Assembly: GCA_028712155.1 (NCBI GenBank)
Contig: JAQTQO010000003.1
Coordinates: forward strand, 2,309-66,308
Direction: 5' to 3'
DNA from: Patescibacteria group bacterium
GTDB taxonomy: Bacteria > Patescibacteriota > Patescibacteriia > Buchananbacterales > GWA2-38-13
DNA length: 64,000 nucleotides
The translations under genes were made by a program, and so were the position numbers. Positions 57,712 through 64,000 of this stretch are shown piece by piece. Within the stretch, counting starts at the first letter, position 1, and the number at the start of each line of letters is the position of its first letter. The notes below the pieces were generated by a model that was given only the letters and a program-made list of their open reading frames with translations, made no database searches and was not told the DNA's origin.

Positions 57712-59304
57712 ATGCTTTCGCAGGTATTACAAACGATTACTTTGCCCGATGCCCCGGGTAGTTACCAGTTTCTCAACGCCGAAGGCGTGGTGATTTATGT
57801 CGGCAAGGCAAAAAATCTTGCCCGCCGGGTGGCAAGCTATTTGCGCGAAACCGCGGATGAAAAAACAGCGAAACTTGTTCGGGAAATTACCGATCTCCAA
57901 TTCACCGTTACCCGAAACGAAGTCGAGGCGTTGTTGCTGGAAGCAAAGCTTATCAAGGAGCATCAGCCGAAGTACAATGTGGCGCTCAAGGGCGGTGAAC
58001 GTTATGCGTATATTCAGGTGACCAATGATGCGTTTCCGCGACTGGTGACCACGCGCAAGCCATTGCGCAGCGACCGGGTGTTTGGGCCGTACACGTCAGG
58101 CGAAGCGCGGGTGGAGGCCCTCCATCTCGCTAATACTTTGTTCAAGTTGCGCGTATGCAAACGTCTGCCGAAGCGCGCATGCCTGCTCTATCACCTGAAG
58201 CTATGCGCGGCGCCGTGCATCGGAAAAATTTCTGTTGAAGATTATCGGGCAAACATCCGGAGAGCCGAAAGCTTTTTGCGCGGTGACGTACAGCCGCTGC
58301 TGGAGCGACTGGAGCAAGAAATGCGCGCCTATGCCGCCCGCGAGCAGTACGAAATGGCGAAAGTGCGCCGCGACCAGATCCGCGCCCTGCGCCACCTCGG
58401 CGTGAATCCGGTGGGCAAACCGCGCCGCGCGTACGATCAGGATGCGGTGAATTTTGTCGCCAGCCCGTCGAAAATGGTGGTGCAGATATTTCACATCAGC
58501 CGCGGGGTGATTTCCCGGCGGCGCGAGTTTAGCGTGCGGCGCACTTTGGGCCAGAGCGATCAGCGACTGCTGACCGATTTTCTCATCCAATATTACTACA
58601 CGGAAGACATCCCGGAGGAAATCATCACGCCAATCGCTCTGTCCGAAGCCGCTTTGGTGGGGGAGTATCTGGCAAAGGAGTCCGGTCGTCGCGTGGCCAT
58701 TACCGTGCCGCAGCAAGGGGAAAAAATGCGGCTTTTGGAGTTGCTGGCTGAAAACATTTCCGTGAGCGTGAAGGCCGGCGACAGTGCCTTGCTGGAACTC
58801 CAGGAAAAACTCCGGCTGCCGCGGCTGCCGCGGGTGATCGAATGCGTTGATATTTCTAATCTCGGTCCGACCAATCTGGTCGGGTCACTGGTGACGTTTT
58901 GCGACGGCCATCCGGACAAAGATAATTACCGGCGGTTTAAAATCCGTACCGTACGCGGCCAGTCGGACTACGATGCCATGCGCGAAGTCATCGAACGCCG
59001 TTTCCGCCGGTTGCTGGCGGAGAAAATCCCGCTGCCGGACCTCGTGCTGGTGGACGGCGGTAAGCCGCAGCTCTCCGCGGCGCTGTCGGTTTTTCGGCAG
59101 CTCGGCGTGACCCAGCCGGTGGCGGGGCTTGCCAAAAAATTTGAGGAACTCTACACGACCGATACGATGTACCCGCTCAGACTGCCCAAAACCTCGGCTG
59201 CTTTACATCTGATGCAGCGCATCCGCAACGAGGCGCACCGCTTCGCCATCGCATACCAGCGCCTGCTGCGGAGCAAAAGTTTCTTGCAATCCGGGGATGC
59301 GTGA
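57712..59304 (+). CDS. uvrC: Excinuclease ABC subunit C (no C-terminal HhH domain)
   Basis: GIY-YIG IYVGKAKNL, UVR domain, IECVDIS, DGGKPQ, RNEAHRFA. Confidence 0.93.
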   Translation: MLSQVLQTITLPDAPGSYQFLNAEGVVIYVGKAKNLARRVASYLRETADEKTAKLVREITDLQFTVTRNEVEALLLEAKLIKEHQPKYNVALKGGERYAYIQVTNDAFPRLVTTRKPLRSDRVFGPYTSGEARVEALHLANTLFKLRVCKRLPKRACLLYHLKLCAAPCIGKISVEDYRANIRRAESFLRGDVQPLLERLEQEMRAYAAREQYEMAKVRRDQIRALRHLGVNPVGKPRRAYDQDAVNFVASPSKMVVQIFHISRGVISRRREFSVRRTLGQSDQRLLTDFLIQYYYTEDIPEEIITPIALSEAALVGEYLAKESGRRVAITVPQQGEKMRLLELLAENISVSVKAGDSALLELQEKLRLPRLPRVIECVDISNLGPTNLVGSLVTFCDGHPDKDNYRRFKIRTVRGQSDYDAMREVIERRFRRLLAEKIPLPDLVLVDGGKPQLSAALSVFRQLGVTQPVAGLAKKFEELYTTDTMYPLRLPKTSAALHLMQRIRNEAHRFAIAYQRLLRSKSFLQSGDA

Positions 59305-59351
59305 TCAGGCGGCCCCCTTGACAAATATTTTTGAACTGGTAGTATCAAATA

Positions 59352-59581
59352 TTCATGAGTCGAGGCTCCTTTGATACCCCTGCCCTGCTGATGCGGGGAT
59401 GGTGGCTGCATTGCCGCTTGCATGGATGATGCTTCCCGACCAGCATCAAGGCAAACTCCAGGTTCAGAGAACCGTTCGAGAAATGGTTTTCGGGTCTCCG
59501 GCGGTGCCGTCGGGTGTGATCTTGTTAGATCCATCATCAGGGGTAGTCCGCTCTCTTCCCAGTGCTGAGAGCGGACTTTTT
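59352..59581 (+). ncRNA. Candidate structured ncRNA with own promoter and terminator
   Basis: TTGACA at 59318, TAGTAT at 59340; long-range TACCCCTG/CAGGGGTA pairing with several internal stems; terminator 59545-59581. Confidence 0.6.
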
Positions 59582-59630
59582 ATTTCAGTTGAAAAAAACC
59601 GCAAATTATGGTACGGTCACGTTATTCGCT

Positions 59631-60299
59631 ATGGGTACGCTGTACATTATGGCAACGCCGATCGGAAATCTTTCCGATATCACGCTGCGCGCGCTGGAAA
59701 CCCTGAAATCCGTTGACCTGGTGGCGTGCGAAGATACGCGGCATTCCAAAATTCTGCTCGACCGTTGCCGGATCGAAAAACCCCTTATCAGTTACCACCA
59801 GCACAGCGGCCCGGTCGGGGTGGAAAAAATTTTGGCGGAGCTTGGGGCGGGGAAAGCCATTGCGCTGGTGACCGATGCCGGTACGCCCGGCATCAACGAT
59901 CCGGGCGGTGTGCTGGTTGCCGCTGCGGTTGAGGCTGGCCATACCGTTATTCCGATTCCCGGTGCCACGGCGTTTGCCGCGGCGTTGAGCGTGTCGGGGC
60001 TGCCGGCGGACCGGTTCACATTTTTGGGTTTTTTGCCGCACAAGAAGGGGCGGCAAACGCTGCTGCAGTACATTGCTGACACAGAGAGCACGGTGGTTTT
60101 CTACGAGTCAACGCACCGGATTATCAAAACGATGCAGCAGCTGGCAACCCTGTTGCCGCCGGAACGCCCCGTGGTGGTGTGCCGCGAGCTGACGAAAGCC
60201 TTTGAAACGATCTATCGCGGGAGTGCAACCGAAGTGCTGCAGCAGCTGCAAGCGGGTGTGACCAAAGGGGAGTTTGTGGTGATCGTGGGACCCAAGTAA
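59631..60299 (+). CDS. rsmI: 16S rRNA C1402 2'-O-methyltransferase RsmI
   Basis: LYIMATPIGNLSDIT, CEDTR, DAGTPGINDPG, YES.HR, RELTK, KGEF. Confidence 0.95.
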   Translation: MGTLYIMATPIGNLSDITLRALETLKSVDLVACEDTRHSKILLDRCRIEKPLISYHQHSGPVGVEKILAELGAGKAIALVTDAGTPGINDPGGVLVAAAVEAGHTVIPIPGATAFAAALSVSGLPADRFTFLGFLPHKKGRQTLLQYIADTESTVVFYESTHRIIKTMQQLATLLPPERPVVVCRELTKAFETIYRGSATEVLQQLQAGVTKGEFVVIVGPK

Positions 60300-60387
60300 A
60301 CGCAAAGCGAAAATGCAGAACAGCAACTCACAACCAAAAATATTTTGAATTTTATACTGTAATTTTTACGCTTTTCGCTTTACGTTT
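60298..60387. repeat. Imperfect intergenic inverted repeat
   Basis: AAACGCAAAGCGAAAA (60298-60313) vs TTTTCGCTTTACGTTT (60372-60387), 15/16 complementary. Confidence 0.6.
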
Positions 60388-60411
60388 TGCACTTGATCCG
60401 GAAAGTCGTTT

Positions 60412-61854
60412 ATGCCCAAGAAATTTTACCTCACCACGACCATTCCCTACGTCAATGCGGCACCGCACATCGGTTTTGCGCTGGAACTCGTGCAGTCCGA
60501 TACGGTGGCGCGCTGGTCGCGGCAACGCGAACGGGATGTTTTTTTCCTGACCGGCGCCGACGAGAACAGCTTGAAAAACGTCCGGGCCGCCGAAGCCGAA
60601 GGCATACCCACGCCGCAGCTGGTTGACCGCAATGCGCAGCGCTACGTCGATCTAACCAGGGCGCTCAATATTTCCAATGACGATTTCATCCGCACTTCAA
60701 CCCCTCCGCATCACGCCGGTGCGCAGGCGCTGTGGCGCGCCTGTCGCAAGGAAGATATCTACCGGAAATCGTACCAGGGGCTCTACTGCGTCGGCTGCGA
60801 GGCGTTTTATCTGCCGAAGGATCTGGTTGACGGAACATGCCCCGAGCACCGGACGGTGCCCGAGACGGTGAATGAGGAAAACTACTTTTTCCGCCTGTCC
60901 CGTTACGGCAAGAAACTGACCGGGCTCATTGAGAGCGGTAAGTTTTTGATTTTGCCGGAGAGTCGGCGCAATGAAGTGTTGAGCTTCATCAAGATGGGCC
61001 TGGAAGATTTTTCCATCTCCCGGACGCGCGTCCGCGCGAAAGATTGGGGCGTATCGGTGCCCGCAGATCCCGATCAGGTGATGTACGTGTGGTTCGACGC
61101 CCTCTCCAATTACATCACCGCTCTTGGCTACGGTCAGGAGCAACCGGCGCGGTTCAAGCGCTACTGGCCGGCGGATTTGCATATTTTAGGCAAGGGGGTG
61201 GTGCGGTTCCATGCCGTGTACTGGCCGGCGATGCTGCTGTCGGCGCGGTTGCCGTTGCCCAAGCGTTTGTTCGTGCACGGCTATGTTACCGTCGGCGGCG
61301 GAAAAATTTCCAAGTCGCTGGGCAATACCGTTGATCCGTTCGCCTGTATCCGCCAGTTCGGCGCCGACGCGGTGCGCTACTATCTGCTGCGGTACGTGCA
61401 TCCGACCCAGGACAGCGATTTTTCCGAAGCGCAGTTGGCGGATGCTTACCAGGCCGATCTCGCCAACGGTTTGGGGAATTTAGTTTCCCGCGTAACCGGT
61501 TTGATCGAACAGAATCAGGTGAACGTTGCGCCCGTGACCGCAAAAAAACCGACTCATGAACTCGGCCAGCTGGTGGAAGGTTTTGAATTTAATGCGGCCC
61601 TGAAACTCATCTGGGAAGAGGTGAAGCGGCTTGATACGCTGATCGCGACCGCCGAACCCTGGAAATTAGCCAAGGAAGGAAAAACCGCCAAATTGACTTC
61701 GGTGTTAAAGCAGGCGGCGAATGGGATTGCGACCGTCGCCCACTGGGTGGAACCGTTTTTGCCCGAAACCGCGGAAAAAATTAACCGGGTGATGACGGCG
61801 CAGCCGATCGTCAAGTCGGCACCGCTTTTCCCGCGTCTCGATCAAAAAACCTAG
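60412..61854 (+). CDS. metG: Methionine--tRNA ligase (short form)
   Basis: PYVNAAPHIG, YCVGCE..CPEH, YVWFDAL, KISKSLGN. Confidence 0.95.
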   Translation: MPKKFYLTTTIPYVNAAPHIGFALELVQSDTVARWSRQRERDVFFLTGADENSLKNVRAAEAEGIPTPQLVDRNAQRYVDLTRALNISNDDFIRTSTPPHHAGAQALWRACRKEDIYRKSYQGLYCVGCEAFYLPKDLVDGTCPEHRTVPETVNEENYFFRLSRYGKKLTGLIESGKFLILPESRRNEVLSFIKMGLEDFSISRTRVRAKDWGVSVPADPDQVMYVWFDALSNYITALGYGQEQPARFKRYWPADLHILGKGVVRFHAVYWPAMLLSARLPLPKRLFVHGYVTVGGGKISKSLGNTVDPFACIRQFGADAVRYYLLRYVHPTQDSDFSEAQLADAYQADLANGLGNLVSRVTGLIEQNQVNVAPVTAKKPTHELGQLVEGFEFNAALKLIWEEVKRLDTLIATAEPWKLAKEGKTAKLTSVLKQAANGIATVAHWVEPFLPETAEKINRVMTAQPIVKSAPLFPRLDQKT

Positions 61855-61864
61855 CGCCTGTTGT

Positions 61865-62413
61865 ATGGTTACCTTAAGCTGGCCCGATCTCGTGATGCTG
61901 CTGGTAATCGTCGGGTTCAGCGCGTTCGGGTTTGCTTTGGGATTAATCCAGGTGATCGGCAGTTTGGTGGGGATCGTGGCAGGCGCGTGGCTCGCCGTCT
62001 TTTTCTACCCGCCCTTGAGCCAGGCGCTCGCGCCGTATTTTCTCGGCCATGAAACTGCGGCAATCGCCGTGTCGTTTATGCTCGTTTTTCTGCTCGTCAA
62101 TCGGGCGTGCGCGTTCGCTTTTTATCTCATAAATAAAATATTTCATTTGCTGAGTTTCATCCCGTTCATGAAAAGTTTCAACCGTCTCGGCGGGGGTTTG
62201 CTTGGTCTACTGGAGGGGGCATTGTTATTGGGAGTCATTCTGCAGTTCTCCGCCAAGCTTTCCGGGCTGCCGTGGGTGGATTGGGTTACCGCCAAGTCGG
62301 TCGTCGCGCCGTGGCTTTTACGTTTAGTGGAATTGCTTTCTCCGATCCTGCCCGCGATCTTAAGTGCCGCGACCAAAACTCTTCCCATTGATGTCGGTAC
62401 CCAAATTATTTGA
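61865..62413 (+). CDS. CvpA family membrane protein
   Basis: Four TM helices, GF..GLI, NRLGGGLLG. Confidence 0.8.
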   Translation: MVTLSWPDLVMLLVIVGFSAFGFALGLIQVIGSLVGIVAGAWLAVFFYPPLSQALAPYFLGHETAAIAVSFMLVFLLVNRACAFAFYLINKIFHLLSFIPFMKSFNRLGGGLLGLLEGALLLGVILQFSAKLSGLPWVDWVTAKSVVAPWLLRLVELLSPILPAILSAATKTLPIDVGTQII

Positions 62414-63191
62414 CACGCACGCCCACCTGAATTTTGAGGCATTCCAGGCGGACTGGCAAAACGTCGCGGAGGACTGCCGGCGGCGCGGCGTGTGGGTGGT
62501 GAGCGTGGGATCGCAGTTTCCGACCAGCCGGCAGGCGGTGGATGTCGCCGAACACACCGGGGACGGTTTTTTTGCGGCCGTCGGCGTGCATCCTATTCAT
62601 GCGCACGAAGCGGCGCATGCTTTTGATTATAAAAAGTATTCGGACCTCATCCGGTCGAGTAAAATTATCGTGGGCATAGGTGAAACCGGCCTGGATTTTT
62701 TTCACGACGAAAAAACATATGCGGTTCAGCGCGAGGCGTTCGTCCAGCAGATTCATTTGGCCAAGGAGTTTGACCTCCCGCTTATCATCCACGGGCGCAA
62801 CCGCGTTGATTCCACCGCCAGCTGCTATCAAGAAATTTTCAATATTGTCCAGTCTGAACGCGTGACGCGTGCCGTGGTGCACTGCTTTGGCGGCAATCGC
62901 GAGGAAGCCAAGGCATTCCTCGAACTTGGATTTTTTATCGGCATTACCGGCATCGTGACCTTCCGCAATGCCCGCACTTTGCAGGCGATGGTCAGCGCGG
63001 ACATTCCCCTGGAACGGCTGTTGATCGAAACGGATGCGCCCTACCTGGCTCCGGATCCGCATCGCGGGCAACGCAATCAGCCGCAGTACGTCGAGTACGT
63101 CGCCAGGAAAATCGCGGAACTGAAAGAGCTCAGTTACGAAGAAGTCGCCGTTGCGACAACCGCAAACGCACGCCGTTTCTACCGCGTCTAG
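62391..63191 (+). CDS. tatD: TatD family hydrolase
   Basis: DTHAH, GVHP, IGETGLD, VHCF, ETDAPYL. Confidence 0.92.
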   Translation: MSVPKLFDTHAHLNFEAFQADWQNVAEDCRRRGVWVVSVGSQFPTSRQAVDVAEHTGDGFFAAVGVHPIHAHEAAHAFDYKKYSDLIRSSKIIVGIGETGLDFFHDEKTYAVQREAFVQQIHLAKEFDLPLIIHGRNRVDSTASCYQEIFNIVQSERVTRAVVHCFGGNREEAKAFLELGFFIGITGIVTFRNARTLQAMVSADIPLERLLIETDAPYLAPDPHRGQRNQPQYVEYVARKIAELKELSYEEVAVATTANARRFYRV

Positions 63192-63267
63192 CGATCGTTT
63201 ACGGACCCGCAGTTTTTGGGTATACTGTGGATACGTCAAATATTTCGTGAGTACCCGAGATGTGGGT

Positions 63268-63387
63268 ATGCCGCGACCGAGCGAAGATTGTCCTTGCGGG
63301 TCCGGGCTGCCGTACGGTGAGTGCTGCGGCGCTACCGAACCGTGCGATTGCGGCTCCGGCAAGCTCGCGGGGGACTGCTGTTACTGA
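63268..63387 (+). CDS. 39-aa peptide made of two SEC-C motifs
   Basis: MPRPSEDCPCGSGLPYGECCGATEPCDCGSGKLAGDCCY. Confidence 0.7.
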   Translation: MPRPSEDCPCGSGLPYGECCGATEPCDCGSGKLAGDCCY

Positions 63388-63490
63388 TGGAAAATACAAC
63401 GTTCCGTAACCGCCTGCGTGCGGGCTTTTTTAGTGCATTCCCTGCGCCGCTTGTGGGGGGCTTCTGCGGACGGTACAATGGGTGAGCGAT

Positions 63491-64000
63491 ATGGCCACGG
63501 ATTTACTTGCCAATCTCAATGACGCCCAGCGGGCGGCCGTCACGCATGGTGATGGGCCGCTGTTAATCGTGGCGGGCGCCGGGACCGGAAAAACCACTGT
63601 GGTCACCTCGCGGATTGCCTGGTTGATTACCCAGGGGAAGGCGGAGGTGTCCGAGGTGCTGGCGCTCACGTTCACCGACAAGGCGGCCGGCGAAATGGAG
63701 GAGCGCGTAGACCGCCTCGTGCCGTACGGCACGGTGGATTTGTGGGTGTCGACGTTCCACAGTTTCTGCCAGCGCATCCTGTCGGCGCATGCGCTCGACA
63801 TCGGCATCCCCGGCAACATCCGGCTGCTCAACACCACCCAGCAATGGCTACTGGTGCGCGAGCATCTCGACAAATTCCAGCTCAAGCACTACCGGCCGCT
63901 TGGCAACCCCACGAAATTCGTTCACGCCCTGCTGGCGCATTTCGCGCGCGCGAAAGACGAAGCGGTCGGCCCGGAAGAATATCTGCGTTTTGCCCATGAA
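63491..64000 (+). CDS. UvrD/PcrA-family helicase, N-terminal part (runs off window)
   Basis: Hand translation MATDLLANLNDAQRAAVTHGDGPLLIVAGAGTGKT..LALTFTDKAAGEM..STFHSF; not in ORF track. Confidence 0.9.
   Translation, partial: MATDLLANLNDAQRAAVTHGDGPLLIVAGAGTGKTTVVTSRIAWLITQGKAEVSEVLALTFTDKAAGEMEERVDRLVPYGTVDLWVSTFHSFCQRILSAHALDIGIPGNIRLLNTTQQWLLVREHLDKFQLKHYRPLGNPTKFVHALLAHFARAKDEAVGPEEYLRFAHE

Noticed and set aside
59350-59581. SAM-I riboswitch or T-box controlling rsmI-metG
   Set aside because: GGCAAAC/GGTGCC only loosely recalls SAM-I P3; no AUC-AGA/GAU P1 core, no T-box UGGNACC, and rsmI has its own promoter after the terminator
59399-59716. 105-aa ORF over the ncRNA candidate
   Set aside because: Crosses a strong terminator, overlaps rsmI out of frame and has no motif

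Overview
Bacterial chromosomal window, standard code 11 (TGA used as stop). Gene content (group 3b-related [NiFe] hydrogenase, Elp3, type IV pilus locus, salvage enzymes, GT-C glycosyltransferases, short MetG) and SD-less starts point to a Patescibacteria/CPR genome (inference). Core genes: two ECF sigma factors, ferredoxin-flavoprotein-hydrogenase operon, queH, AmrB-AmrA fusion, P-type ATPase, apt-mtnP, rlmN, elp3, thiol-redox genes, pilB/pilC/pilM/pilin, SOD, uvrB/uvrA/uvrC, rsmI, metG, tatD and a partial UvrD/PcrA helicase. Interspersed are about a dozen self-contained accessory units with a shared layout (TTGACA-N17-TAnnnT promoter, boxA-like GNTCNTTGA leader motif, strong Shine-Dalgarno, intrinsic terminator), several encoding altered copies of housekeeping domains. 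Top leads: (1) two motor-less FtsK-gamma-like winged-helix proteins facing an orphan ParB with GERR changed to GARR; (2) a head-to-head Elp3 + Trm9/ALKBH8-like pair; (3) a structured ncRNA candidate between uvrC and rsmI; (4) two distinct gene-expression grammars. No rRNA, tRNA, CRISPR array, transposase or integrase was seen. All calls are by-eye motif recognition; no searches were run.
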